Notes: generated from the letters alone by a model not told the origin. A stretch of 64,000 nucleotides of DNA from Bdellovibrionota bacterium (GCA_044356455.1 JBIKWF010000001.1:64001-128000), one strand, 5' to 3'; counted from the first letter of the stretch, positions 9,821 through 19,874 are shown. Numbers and translations: made by a program.

Positions 9821-10687
9821 TCACCGTGCGCTGCCTGACGTTGTGCCACTTGAAACAGCGCCACCTGACAGCGCGCCACTTGTCTTCTCGCCACATTTCT
9901 CAGCAATAGAGGCGAGTTCGGAAAAAGACTTCTCCTGAAGGCTCGCTTTTCCGACGAGCGCACCTGCCACGTGAGGCACGCTTAAGATGGAGGCAAAGTT
10001 CTCGGGGGAAACGCTGCCGCCATAGAGTATACGTGGCGTGGGAAGAATGCTTCCGTGCTGCGCCCACCACGAAGCAAGAAACGCATGCGCTTCGGCTATG
10101 TCTTGCAAAGAAGCCGCTTTGCCCGTGCCGATTGCCCAGACGGGTTCGTAGGCAAGGGTGAGTAGCGGCGCTCGTGTCGCCTTTCCCGTTGGAGGTGTCG
10201 CCTGTGAAGAGATTTGCGCCGGGAAACTCTTGTAGTGCTCAAGAAGTGGAGCAAGCTGAGACTCTAGGACTCTGAGCGTGTCTCCGTTTGAGCGCTCAGC
10301 AAGTGTCTCGCCAATACAAAAAATAATCGGTAGCCTCTGGTGGAGTGCGCTCGCGGCTCGTTTTGCACTTTCCTCAATCGTCTCTCGAAAGAGATGCCGT
10401 CTTTCGGAATGCCCTACAAGAGCAAAATCGCATCCTAAATCAGTGAGTTGGTCGACTGAGACTTCGCCGGTAAAAGCACCGGATTTTTCCCAGAAGACGT
10501 TTTGAGCTCCCACCAGAACTGCGGAATGGTGACAGGCGTCGAGGACGGTTGATAAGAGAGGAAATGAGGGCGCGAGCCAAAGCTCCGTGCTGACCAATGA
10601 CTTTGCGATGCGAGTTACGCCTAAGGCGAGTGCGTGGGCCTCTTTGGTGGTGAGGTTCATTTTCCAATTCGCGGCAAGTAATGCCAT
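9821..10687 (-). CDS. tpiA: Triosephosphate isomerase
   Basis: ANWKMN, GAFTGEVS, GHSERR, AYEPVWAIGTG, LYGGSV motifs. Confidence 0.97.
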   Translation of the reverse strand: MALLAANWKMNLTTKEAHALALGVTRIAKSLVSTELWLAPSFPLLSTVLDACHHSAVLVGAQNVFWEKSGAFTGEVSVDQLTDLGCDFALVGHSERRHLFRETIEESAKRAASALHQRLPIIFCIGETLAERSNGDTLRVLESQLAPLLEHYKSFPAQISSQATPPTGKATRAPLLTLAYEPVWAIGTGKAASLQDIAEAHAFLASWWAQHGSILPTPRILYGGSVSPENFASILSVPHVAGALVGKASLQEKSFSELASIAEKCGEKTSGALSGGAVSSGTTSGSAR

Positions 10688-10759
10688 GGCTGGCTCCTTT
10701 ATTCCTTTTGAGGAGTACGGACGGGGGGAGATAACTACCACGAAGACCACGTTGTGATT

Positions 10760-10806
10760 TCGCCTGGTCCGCTATCGGCCCAGAGGGGCCGCAGAAGACC
10801 AGGCGA
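10760..10806. repeat. REP-like hairpin (GCCTGGT..CGGCCC-N4-GGGCCG..ACCAGGC) between gapA and tpiA
   Basis: TCGCCTGGTC/GACCAGGCGA outer stem, CGGCCC/GGGCCG inner stem; same architecture as 24618-24667. Confidence 0.6.
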
Positions 10807-10814
10807 TGCTGGTG

Positions 10815-11825
10815 TTACATTCCGCCAAGCATTTTTGTTACATCAACCATGCGCGCGGAGAACCCCGCCTCGTTGTCGTACCAAGAAACCACTTTGGCGA
10901 GGCGCTTTCCGATGACGAGCGTGAGCGCAGAGTCAGCAATCGAGGAAAGCGTGTTCCCAATGTAGTCGGAGGAAACGAGGGGCTCGGTTGAGTAGCCGAG
11001 AATTCCCTTTAATGAACCTTCGCTTGCTTTCTTAAGTGCGGCGTTGATCTCTGCTCCCGTCGCGTCCTTCTCAAGCTCCACTACAAAATCCACGAGGGAA
11101 ACGTCTGGAGTCGGAACTCTGACTGCAAATCCGTCGCATTTGCCTGCCAGGCTTGGAATGACTAGCCCAATTGCCTTTGCCGCTCCCGTCGAAGTCGGAA
11201 TCATTGAAAGACCTGCCGCGCGGGCACGGCGCAGGTCCTTATGGGGAAGGTCGAGGACATTCTGATCGTTGGTGAACGAGTGAATGGTAGTCATGGTGCC
11301 GTGGGCGATGCCGAAATTATCCACGAGTACCTTGGCCACAGGGGCAAGGCAGTTTGTGGTGCAGGAAGCGCAGCTCACGATGTCGTGTTTCGACTTGTCA
11401 TACATCGAGTGATTTACTCCGTAGACAATGGTGACATCTGCATCTTTGGCGGGCGCTGAGACGAGCACCTTGCGCGCGCCGGCTTTAAGGTGCAGGGCTG
11501 CTTTCTCTCTGTCGGTAAAGGCGCCCGTGCATTCAAGGACCACATCGATTCCCATTTCTTTCCAGGGCAGTGTCGAGGGATCCTTGATGGCGCTAATTTT
11601 GATCTGGTCGCCATTGACAGTAATCGACGTGTCGTCGTGCTTCACGTCAGCGCCAAAAGTGCGGTGAATAGAGTCGTACTTGAGGAGATGGGCGAGGGTG
11701 GTCGCGCTCGTAAGGTCGTTAATGGCGACAACTTTAATCTCGCCCGACAGCTGGTGGTTATAAAGATGGCGGAGGACGAGGCGACCAATGCGTCCAAATC
11801 CATTGATGGCTACTTTGATTGTCAT
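10815..11825 (-). CDS. gapA: Glyceraldehyde-3-phosphate dehydrogenase, type I
   Basis: VAINGFGRIGR, ASCTTNCLAP, PTSTGAAKA, WYDNE motifs. Confidence 0.98.
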   Translation of the reverse strand: MTIKVAINGFGRIGRLVLRHLYNHQLSGEIKVVAINDLTSATTLAHLLKYDSIHRTFGADVKHDDTSITVNGDQIKISAIKDPSTLPWKEMGIDVVLECTGAFTDREKAALHLKAGARKVLVSAPAKDADVTIVYGVNHSMYDKSKHDIVSCASCTTNCLAPVAKVLVDNFGIAHGTMTTIHSFTNDQNVLDLPHKDLRRARAAGLSMIPTSTGAAKAIGLVIPSLAGKCDGFAVRVPTPDVSLVDFVVELEKDATGAEINAALKKASEGSLKGILGYSTEPLVSSDYIGNTLSSIADSALTLVIGKRLAKVVSWYDNEAGFSARMVDVTKMLGGM

Positions 11826-12202
11826 AATGATAACTCCCTTCAATTCATACTACCGGCACCCTACGAGACCGAGGCTTGAGGTGTCAACGATATTGAGGCC
11901 CGAGTGAGGGCTTCAACCGCATGATTCGACGAGGTTTTTCGCTGCTTACGTATTGTGCAACAAGCGCATCTACCAATATAGTTAGGGGTATCTGTAAGCG
12001 CGTGAGCCTTGGCCTTTTGGGGGCCTGTCAGGGGCGCTTTCTCGATACGTTTCGGATGCTGCTTTACGCGATGCTGCTTTACGCCACCGAAGTTCGTGAG
12101 GAACGGCGCGAGGTCTCGGTTTAGGCACATTTGAGGCGGCAAGTTCGAGGCAGGATTTGTTGTCTCGGTATTTGTAATTTCTAGCTATTTTTGGGGCGCA
12201 TT

Positions 12203-12925
12203 GTGGACATACCCGTGGAACCGATTCAGGAGCTTTCTCACCCGACCATTTTTAGCATGATTACCGGGTCAGGGCCGGTCGTGCAGGTGGTTCTGCTGAT
12301 TCTCGTTTTCCTCTCCGTGTGGACCTGGGCAATTACGATTGCCAAGTATCTGCAGTTTCGTAGGGCGACGAGTGACACGTCTGCTTTTAGTGCGCTCTTT
12401 TGGGAAAGCCGAAATTTGGCGCGCATCGATGATTCGTCTCGGCGCCTTGCGGCAAGTCCCTTAGCGCATGTGTTTGCCTCGGGATACCGAGAGTTAAGTC
12501 ATGTGCTTCAAAATGGGGAGTCAGGTGGCCCGCGCCACGCCGTCGACACCGAGACACAGCTTGGCACGGTAGAAAGAGCGCTGAAGCGCGCCGAATTCGA
12601 GGAATCAGTAAAGCTGGAGAAGGGGATTACCTTTTTAGCTACCGTCGCAAGCGCGGCTCCGTTCATTGGTCTTTTTGGAACGGTGTGGGGCATCATGAAT
12701 GCGTTCCACAGCCTTGGATTTGCAAAGTCCACTTCTATTCAAGCGGTAGCGCCGGGAATTTCTGAAGCGCTCGTAGCGACGGCCGTGGGGCTCGCCGCTG
12801 CTATCCCCGCTTCGATTGCCTACAACTACTTTGCGGTTGCCGTGCGCCGCTATCGCGAGTCTATGGATAAATTTAGTGGCGAGTTTCTCAGTGTCGCTCG
12901 CCACTATTTCGCAGGGCGGGCGTAG
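12203..12925 (+). CDS. tolQ: Tol-Pal protein TolQ
   Basis: LATVASAAPFIGLFGTVWGIMNAF, VAPGISEALVATAVGL; first gene of tol-pal cluster. Start codon uncertain. Confidence 0.92.
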   Translation: MDIPVEPIQELSHPTIFSMITGSGPVVQVVLLILVFLSVWTWAITIAKYLQFRRATSDTSAFSALFWESRNLARIDDSSRRLAASPLAHVFASGYRELSHVLQNGESGGPRHAVDTETQLGTVERALKRAEFEESVKLEKGITFLATVASAAPFIGLFGTVWGIMNAFHSLGFAKSTSIQAVAPGISEALVATAVGLAAAIPASIAYNYFAVAVRRYRESMDKFSGEFLSVARHYFAGRA

Positions 12926-12980
12926 CACATGGCGCTTGAGATCTTGTGGTGAATAGGCTGGGCTGAGGAGGTAGGTAGTT

Positions 12981-13409
12981 ATGGGATTTTCAGCGGGAGG
13001 GGGAGATAGCTCCCCGATAGCAGAGATCAATGTGACGCCCTTGGTGGACGTGATGTTGGTGCTGCTGATCATTTTTATGGTGGCGGCTCCTATGTTGCAG
13101 CAGGGCGTCGAAGTTAATTTGCCAAAAGCGACGAATGCGCCATTAGCGGGCTCCGCAGAGCAGCTGGTGATATCCATTGATACAGCAGGCAGCGTGTTTC
13201 TTGGTTCGGGAAATAAGGTAACGGTGCCAGAGGTTGGCGCCAAGGTTGCCGCTGCGCTTTCAAGTCGCCCAGAAGAAGAGAAGAAGGTCTATATTAAGGC
13301 CGACGCAGGGCTGCCCTACTCGGTTCTTATGGACGTCATGAGTAGCCTGCACCAGTCGGGAATAACCCAGATAGGTCTAGTTTCGGCTCCTCAAGGAGAG
13401 GGGAAGTAG
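12981..13409 (+). CDS. tolR: TolR/ExbD protein
   Basis: EINVTPLVDVMLVLLIIFMVAAPM motif. Confidence 0.92.
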   Translation: MGFSAGGGDSSPIAEINVTPLVDVMLVLLIIFMVAAPMLQQGVEVNLPKATNAPLAGSAEQLVISIDTAGSVFLGSGNKVTVPEVGAKVAAALSSRPEEEKKVYIKADAGLPYSVLMDVMSSLHQSGITQIGLVSAPQGEGK

Positions 13410-13753
13410 GGACTTCGTCTATTGGGGAAACCCTGAAAAACTCCCCCCTCAGCTACGTCTCTATGTGAAAGGTATTGGATGTCGCGGAGCTGCCTACGCC
13501 TTATGATTGCGGCGCAGCTTTGGCGGAGCTGGGGATGCGGGGGACGTCGAGGAAAAGCAGCGCAGCGAGAGTGGGATTCAAGGAGATTTGAGAAGCTTGT
13601 TGTAGGTCTTTTGGGAAACTTTGGTGCGACAGGAGTTCCTCGGTGAGTAGAACCCCAAGAACCTCAGTTCTTGATAATCAAGTCGTCGGACACCGAAGGC
13701 AGGTCGAAGGACCCCGTATAAACCGGCTTGTCGCCAAGCCGAAGGGTGGGGGC

Positions 13754-14599
13754 GTGGAAGTGTCTGTTTTGAAAAGTGAGTCCGACTCGTATTACACACT
13801 TGGACTTGTGAGCTCACTTGTCGCGCATGCCCTTGCTGCGTATGTAGTGCTTGTTTCTGTTGCTCCGACGCCCCTCGACTTTCGGGAGCAAATTTTCTCT
13901 GTGACGATAGAAGGTGGGAAGACGCTTGGCGGAATAAGCCAGGTTCCCGATGAGTCAAAGAAAGCGCAAAGCGCGGTACCCCGCAAAGTCAGCGAGCAGT
14001 CTCCGGAAATCCCTAAGGCCCTTGCGGAAGATAAGCCTAAGGAAGAGCTAGTTCCGGTTAAGGATGCAGAGGTTTCGCTGAGTGAGGCAAAGCCGACTCC
14101 TAAGCCTGTGCCTACTAAAAAAGCGACTCCTATTCCCGCGAAGGCGACACCCGTTCCCGTTAAGGCAACTCCTAAGCCCAAAGTGCCGACCAAGGCTGAG
14201 CTTGATAAGGAGTACCAAGCCACCATGCAGAAGTATCTCGGGGAATCCTCCAATGCGGGCGGCAAAGGATTCGGTGCGGCAAAGGTCGGAGGAACCGGGA
14301 TGGGCGGCGGTGCGCTTAGACCACCTGAGTTCTTCCGCTATAAGGATCTGCTCGAAGCTTTCGTCAAGGGCGGGTGGCGCTGGATAGATCCTCAGGCAAA
14401 AATCAAGGCATCTGTAGTTTTTGATATTGGTCCGGATGGCAATGTGAGCTCGGTTCGAATTGACCAGAGTTCGGGAAATCGAGAGTTCGACGAATCGGTG
14501 CTGCGCGCGGTGTATAAAGCGAACCCTGTACCAAAACCGCCGCCGAGTGTTTACGAGCAATACTTTAAGACCGTTCGAATGATTTTTGAGCCGGAGTAG
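13754..14599 (+). CDS. tolA: TolA/TonB-type energy transducer
   Basis: N-terminal TM with SxxxH (SSLVAH), Pro/Lys/Thr-rich linker, C-terminal SSGNREFDESVLRAV..ANPVPKPP; lies between tolR and tolB. Start uncertain. Confidence 0.8.
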   Translation: MEVSVLKSESDSYYTLGLVSSLVAHALAAYVVLVSVAPTPLDFREQIFSVTIEGGKTLGGISQVPDESKKAQSAVPRKVSEQSPEIPKALAEDKPKEELVPVKDAEVSLSEAKPTPKPVPTKKATPIPAKATPVPVKATPKPKVPTKAELDKEYQATMQKYLGESSNAGGKGFGAAKVGGTGMGGGALRPPEFFRYKDLLEAFVKGGWRWIDPQAKIKASVVFDIGPDGNVSSVRIDQSSGNREFDESVLRAVYKANPVPKPPPSVYEQYFKTVRMIFEPE

Positions 14600-14725
14600 T
14601 GTTGAGGGTAGACGAGGGGTTTTTGAGAGCCGTTTGGTCTCCGCGCACGGCCTCGCCCTGCCTATGGTGCGGTAGCGCGTAGCGTGAGATATAACTAGCG
14701 GTTCCTTGCCTAGGAGAAAGTGTTC

Positions 14726-16087
14726 ATGAAGCTACGTATGCTGAGCGAAGTTCGCATTTCGTCGTCCTTTTTATCCGCAGCACTTTTGCTTGTTTCGGTG
14801 GGGTGCAGCGCGCTGATTGGAGCCGCGTCGGCACATGCGCAAACTGATATTTTTATTAAGGGAGCAGGCCGTAGGATTCCTATTGCCGTCCCTCAGCTCT
14901 GCCTTCAGGCCGGAGTCCCTGTGAACCCAGAGCAAAATCCGACTAAGGACATTCCTCGTATTGTAGGCAGAGACCTCGATTTGTCGGGGTACTTCGATGT
15001 GCTTGACCCAGGTGGCTACATTGAAACTCCCGGCAAATGCGGCGCGCCCGATGCCTTCGCGTATTCGGACTGGTCCGTTATTCGCGCCGAGGGCGTCGTG
15101 AGGGGGCAGGTAACTATCGAGGGACAGCGCATGCGGGCTCAGATGTTCTTGCATGACGTGCAAAGGCAGAAGGTCTTGCTTGGTAAAGAGTACGAGGGCG
15201 ATCTGTCACAGATTCCGCTCATCGCGCACCGTTTTGCGAATGAAGTCTATCGCATGTTCACGGGAGAGCAGGGCGTCTTTGGGACGCAGATCGCCTTTTC
15301 TTCAAAAGTGGGCCGCTTTCGCGAACTCTTTGTCATGGATATGGATGGGAGCAATCTGCGGCAGTTAACAAATGATCGAGCGCTCGCGATTTCTCCCTCG
15401 TGGGATCCTCTTGGCCAGACGATTTCCTTCACTTCTTATCGTTCGCGGGTGCCAGATCTTTTTCTTCTTAATCTTGAGCGGCGTGCAGTTCAGCAAGTAA
15501 CTCGTGGCTCAGCCATGGAGCTCGGCGCAAAGTTTACCAAAGATGGGTCGGGCCTTTTGACTTCAATCAGCAGCGAAGGGCAATCACAGATTGCACTTCT
15601 TAACTTGGACGGAACTATTCGCCGCGCCATTACGCCCAAAACACGAGCCATTGACGTTTCGCCAAGCTGGTCTCCTGATCAGTCGAAAATTGCATTTTGC
15701 TCGAATCGCGGTGGAGGTCCTCAAATATATGTGATGGAGGCTGACGGCTCGGCTGCCCACCGGGTAAGTTTTGTGAACTCTAGCTACTGCACCTCTCCGA
15801 GCTGGTCTCCCCGAGGCGATCGGCTGGCTTTTGTATGCCGGTCGGATGGCGGATTTAACATCTTTGTCGCTGACGTTGATGGGGCTAATCCGCTTCAGCT
15901 TACGAGCGCGGGCGACAATGAGGACCCTGACTGGGCTCCTAATGGGCGCTTTTTGGCGTTTTCGACCACTTTTGGGCGAGGCTATGTCAAGAGCATTGCC
16001 ATGATGCGAGATGACGGTAGCAATATAAAGCGCCTCACTACCGCTCGAGTCGGTGATATGGAGCCTCGTTGGGGCCCACTGCCTTAG
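14726..16087 (+). CDS. tolB: Tol-Pal beta-propeller protein TolB
   Basis: Signal peptide, IPIAVP, AHRFANEVY..FTGEQGVFGTQIAF, repeated SPSWSPD PD40 motifs. Confidence 0.95.
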   Translation: MKLRMLSEVRISSSFLSAALLLVSVGCSALIGAASAHAQTDIFIKGAGRRIPIAVPQLCLQAGVPVNPEQNPTKDIPRIVGRDLDLSGYFDVLDPGGYIETPGKCGAPDAFAYSDWSVIRAEGVVRGQVTIEGQRMRAQMFLHDVQRQKVLLGKEYEGDLSQIPLIAHRFANEVYRMFTGEQGVFGTQIAFSSKVGRFRELFVMDMDGSNLRQLTNDRALAISPSWDPLGQTISFTSYRSRVPDLFLLNLERRAVQQVTRGSAMELGAKFTKDGSGLLTSISSEGQSQIALLNLDGTIRRAITPKTRAIDVSPSWSPDQSKIAFCSNRGGGPQIYVMEADGSAAHRVSFVNSSYCTSPSWSPRGDRLAFVCRSDGGFNIFVADVDGANPLQLTSAGDNEDPDWAPNGRFLAFSTTFGRGYVKSIAMMRDDGSNIKRLTTARVGDMEPRWGPLP

Positions 16088-16418
16088 ATTCGAGCTGGCT
16101 TAGATTCGGGGGTAATACAAAAATCGTGTCTTTTTAAGGCATTGGGTAATTGCCATTTCGATGAAAAATCTGTAGTTTTTTCACCGGTTGGCGCCCCAAC
16201 TAGGCGTTGTCACGCAATTTTTAGGTTGCGAGACTTTGTGCCATGTTTTACATGGATAGTGCTAGCGCCCATTAGGCTCGTTTGCCCTCTGGTTATGGGG
16301 AGCTAAGTGCTCAGCTCTTAGAGTCTCGCGCCGACTGGATAGTTTTTTCTTGCTTTCGTGCCGGGGTCCGGCGTGTGTGTAGAGAAGATAAAGATATAGC
16401 TTACGTTAGGAGATTGTT

Positions 16419-16874
16419 ATGCGAATCATGAAGGTAGTTTTGGTTGTATGCGCTCTGCTTGTCGCTACTGGTTGTGCGTGCAGAACGAAGAAGGTTGGTC
16501 CTGCTGAAGCGCAGAACAATCTGCCGATAGCGACTGAGGGAGTTGAGATGCGTGATGTAAATTACGCCTTTGATTCGTATGCGCTCAGTGACGCTGCGAA
16601 GGCCACCCTTCAGGCGAATGCTGATTACATGAAGGCCAACGCGGACGTTAAGGTCCAAGTTGAAGGTCACTGCGATGAGCGTGGGACCAATGAGTACAAT
16701 ATGGCCCTTGGCATGAACCGTGCGCGCGCGGCGTATGATTACCTGCGCTCGCTCGGAGTCGCAGAATCTCGCCTCAGCACGGTAAGCTACGGAGAAGAGC
16801 TTCCACTTGACCCAGCGCACAATGAGGCAGCGTGGGCTAAGAATCGCCGAGCTCACTTCAGTATTCAGAAGTAG
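16419..16874 (+). CDS. pal: Peptidoglycan-associated lipoprotein
   Basis: Lipobox VATGC; EGHCDERGTNEYNMALG, SYGEELP, AWAKNRRA. Confidence 0.97.
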   Translation: MRIMKVVLVVCALLVATGCACRTKKVGPAEAQNNLPIATEGVEMRDVNYAFDSYALSDAAKATLQANADYMKANADVKVQVEGHCDERGTNEYNMALGMNRARAAYDYLRSLGVAESRLSTVSYGEELPLDPAHNEAAWAKNRRAHFSIQK

Positions 16875-17104
16875 ATTTTCTGAAAATTGACTTGGCTAAG
16901 AAGTAGATTAAGGGCCTTGGCGCTCTTATAGATGCTTCTCAAGGGAAGGTGGGGTCATCGCTACGGTGGCCTCACCTTTTGTCTTTTTTAGCGCGCGCAT
17001 TGACGTAATCATATCTTTTGGGGATTCGCGTCTCTTGTGACTTCGCGATATGCTTACCGCGAAGTTTTTGTCGAATGAAGAGAATCTTCTCGGAGTGTTT
17101 TTTT

Positions 17105-17836
17105 ATGACTACATGCAAACGTGGGTCAGTGCTGCTACTGGCAGGCAGTCTTCTTGGGTTCGCAACGGGTTGTGTTGATAATAAGCTGCGCATGGATGTT
17201 CAGCGCTTGTCTTCTGATCTTGAAGATTCTCGCGCGTTCCAGGCTGAGCAAACCACCAAGCTCTCTACTCTTGAAACCGATGTGCGCCGCATCTCTGGTC
17301 GTCTTGATGAGCTTGAATTCCAGCAGAATCAGAAACTCGGTACCGCACTCAATTCTCTAAAGAGTGATCTGACGAGCCTTAAGAGGCGCGTTCCTCCCCC
17401 ACCTATCGTTCCTGTACCTGAATTAGAGGCGGACGAAGCGGCCCTTGAGAGTCTCCCGCCGGAACTTGCAGCTCCTATGAACGATGCCTTTATCGCTCTC
17501 CGTGAGGGCGGCTTCGACAGGGCGCTTCAGACGCTCGACGATGCCATGGGGCTTGCGATCGATACCGAGTGGGCTCCGATGGTGCTCTTTTGGAAGGGCG
17601 TAGCCATGGAGGGTAAAAACAATCCTCGCGGGGCCCTTGAGTTTTATCTTGCAATCACTACCCAGCATAGCAAGTCCGAAAGAGCTGCGGCTGCGCTTCT
17701 CAGACAGGGTTCGGTGCTCATCAGGATTGGGGACAAAAAAACGGCTCGCCTCGTGTTCAATAAGCTAATCGCCGATTTCCCCAAGAGTGCTGAAGCGGCA
17801 CGGGCGCGAGATAGATTGAAAGATTTGGGTAAGTAA
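17105..17836 (+). CDS. cpoB: CpoB/YbgF-like coiled-coil + TPR lipoprotein
   Basis: Directly after pal; lipobox-like FATGC, coiled coil, C-terminal TPRs ending LIADFPKSAEAARAR. Confidence 0.8.
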   Translation: MTTCKRGSVLLLAGSLLGFATGCVDNKLRMDVQRLSSDLEDSRAFQAEQTTKLSTLETDVRRISGRLDELEFQQNQKLGTALNSLKSDLTSLKRRVPPPPIVPVPELEADEAALESLPPELAAPMNDAFIALREGGFDRALQTLDDAMGLAIDTEWAPMVLFWKGVAMEGKNNPRGALEFYLAITTQHSKSERAAAALLRQGSVLIRIGDKKTARLVFNKLIADFPKSAEAARARDRLKDLGK

Positions 17837-17863
17837 TTGGGGATTGGGCGAGAGGTTCTCTGT

Positions 17864-18817
17864 GTGGAATATACGTGTCGCCTTTTACGAAACATTACAA
17901 AGCCGCTTGCTCTCCCGCGCCCTGTGGTAGCAACGCTCGGCAATCTTGATGGAATACATTCAGGGCATCGTTCGTTGCTAAGGGCGGTGCGGCAGAAGGC
18001 AAACGAGCAGGGGGAAGGGGGCAGCTCGCTAGCGATAACCTTTTACCCTCATCCCGCCAAGGTTCTCGGTAAGGAAACCGATTCCTCTTCCTTGAGCTCG
18101 CTTTCTGAGCGCCTGCGGGTGCTCAGTGAGTGCAAGATTGATGCGTTAGCGCTAATTCATTTTACCAAATCCCTCTCTACCATGAGGGCTGCTCAGTTCA
18201 TTGAGGAAATATTGTTCAGGAATTTGGGGGTTGAGCATTTGGTGCTAGGTCCAGATGCGCATGTCGGCTTTAAGCGCGAAGGTACCCCTGAGTTTATTAA
18301 GGATTACTTCGAGCGTCATGGCCGAAGCGCCGAAATTCTTCCGTTCGTAATGGAAGGTTCTGAGCGTGTCAGTAGCGGCCGGATTCGCAAGCTTGTGGCG
18401 GCGGGTGAGGTGCTGGGCGCGCGGATGCTCCTTGGACGTTCCTATAGTCTAGAGGGCAGGGTGGTGCATGGGGACGGGCGAGGGGCGCAAATCGGAGTGC
18501 CTACGGCTAATATATTGACCCGCACTCAGCTTCTTCCCGCGCACGGGGTGTATGCAGGTTTTCTCGCGCTGCCTGGAGGAACTTTCCGCGCGGTTGCGAA
18601 TGTGGGCGTACGGCCAACTTTTGGGGGCAGACTCCCTACTCTCGAAGTACATGCCTGGGACTACGCGGGGCCTGCCTTTTATGGGCAGCGCGTCAGGTTC
18701 ACTTTCGAAGCTCGGCTACGGGGCGAGCAAAAATTCAATTCGGTTGGAGAGCTTGTCGCTCAAATCAGGACTGATATTGAGTCCGCAAAAAGTTGTTTAA
18801 AGGAATTTCATGAGTGA
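17864..18817 (+). CDS. ribF: Bifunctional riboflavin kinase/FAD synthetase
   Basis: LGNLDGIHSGH, TFYPHP, VSSGRIR, GDGRGAQIGVPTAN, NVGVRPTF, LRGEQKF. Start uncertain. Confidence 0.95.
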   Translation: MEYTCRLLRNITKPLALPRPVVATLGNLDGIHSGHRSLLRAVRQKANEQGEGGSSLAITFYPHPAKVLGKETDSSSLSSLSERLRVLSECKIDALALIHFTKSLSTMRAAQFIEEILFRNLGVEHLVLGPDAHVGFKREGTPEFIKDYFERHGRSAEILPFVMEGSERVSSGRIRKLVAAGEVLGARMLLGRSYSLEGRVVHGDGRGAQIGVPTANILTRTQLLPAHGVYAGFLALPGGTFRAVANVGVRPTFGGRLPTLEVHAWDYAGPAFYGQRVRFTFEARLRGEQKFNSVGELVAQIRTDIESAKSCLKEFHE

Positions 18818-19865
18818 GGCTAGAAATTTTACTGCGCACGAGGACGGACGCTTAGATCGTCTTGTGGCAAGCTTTGTCTCCACTCTTCCTGAATTTAAGG
18901 ATCTGTCGCGTTCTCAGATCAAGCACTGGATAGAGGGCGGCATGATTGATGTCAACGGAGCGCCAGCTACCAAAGCGGGCACCCCGGTGAAGCAGGGTGA
19001 CCGGATTTCTGTTCGGGTTTTAGAGCTTAAAGCTCAATCGCTCGTTTCTTTTGATACCCCCCTGGATATCGTCTACGAAGACGACTCTTTGCTGGTCATA
19101 AATAAGCAAGCGGGGCTTTCGATGCATCCGGGCGCTGGGAATAATGCCACCACGCTCGTCAACGCGTTGCTCGGTCTCTTTCGCGCGAGAGGAAATGTTC
19201 CAGAGGCGCTCAGGCAGGACTCTTCGGTTTCTGTGGCAACTCATGGTGCCACGGTAGTTCGGCCGGGGATTGTTCATCGGCTTGATAAGGACACTACTGG
19301 TCTTGTGGTGGTGGCAAAGACGCTGCAAGCCCACACCGCGCTTGCCAAACAGTTTGCTGAACGTAGTGTGGGAAGACGCTACGTGGCACTGGCCTTTTGC
19401 ACTCCTCGTGGGAAGCGCCCGTTTAACTTGCACGATCAGGGAAAAATCGACGCGCCACTTCTTAGGCACGCGACTCGGCGTAAGGAGATGACAGTAGCGC
19501 CTTCCCCGAAGATCCCTGGCAAAGGAAGTGAGGGGAAAAAGGCCATCACTCATTGGAAAGTGATAGAGAGATTGGGGTTCGGTTGTTTGGTGGAGGCGCG
19601 GCTAGAGACGGGCAGGACGCATCAGATACGAATTCACTTCACGCATATCGGCTGCCCCTTAATTGGCGACAAGACCTATGGGGAGTTTTCTGGCTTACCT
19701 CTTTCTCTGAGGCGATTCCATGAGGGGCTGGGAAGGCAAGCTCTACATGCAGGAGTTCTCGCCTTTTCTCACCCCGTCACTGGAGAGCGGCTTAGCTTTA
19801 GTGCAGAAATACCGGCCGATATGCGCGAGGCCTTGGATGCCTTTAGGAAGTTTAAACTGCCATAG
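18810..19865 (+). CDS. rluD: RluA/RluD-family pseudouridine synthase with S4 domain
   Basis: RLDR..SRSQIK, VINKQAGL, RPGIVHRLDKDTTGL, LETGRTHQIR, RQALHA. Confidence 0.92.
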   Translation: MSEARNFTAHEDGRLDRLVASFVSTLPEFKDLSRSQIKHWIEGGMIDVNGAPATKAGTPVKQGDRISVRVLELKAQSLVSFDTPLDIVYEDDSLLVINKQAGLSMHPGAGNNATTLVNALLGLFRARGNVPEALRQDSSVSVATHGATVVRPGIVHRLDKDTTGLVVVAKTLQAHTALAKQFAERSVGRRYVALAFCTPRGKRPFNLHDQGKIDAPLLRHATRRKEMTVAPSPKIPGKGSEGKKAITHWKVIERLGFGCLVEARLETGRTHQIRIHFTHIGCPLIGDKTYGEFSGLPLSLRRFHEGLGRQALHAGVLAFSHPVTGERLSFSAEIPADMREALDAFRKFKLP

Positions 19866-19874
19866 CGAGCGTGC

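Noticed and set aside
9811..9963. N-terminal extension of CreB overlapping tpiA
   Set aside because: The receiver domain begins at MKTLLIVED (9810); the extension is an alternative frame of the tpiA tail repeats.
14080..14190. Repeated KPTP/KATP units in TolA
   Set aside because: Ordinary Pro/Lys-rich periplasm-spanning linker of TolA/TonB proteins.
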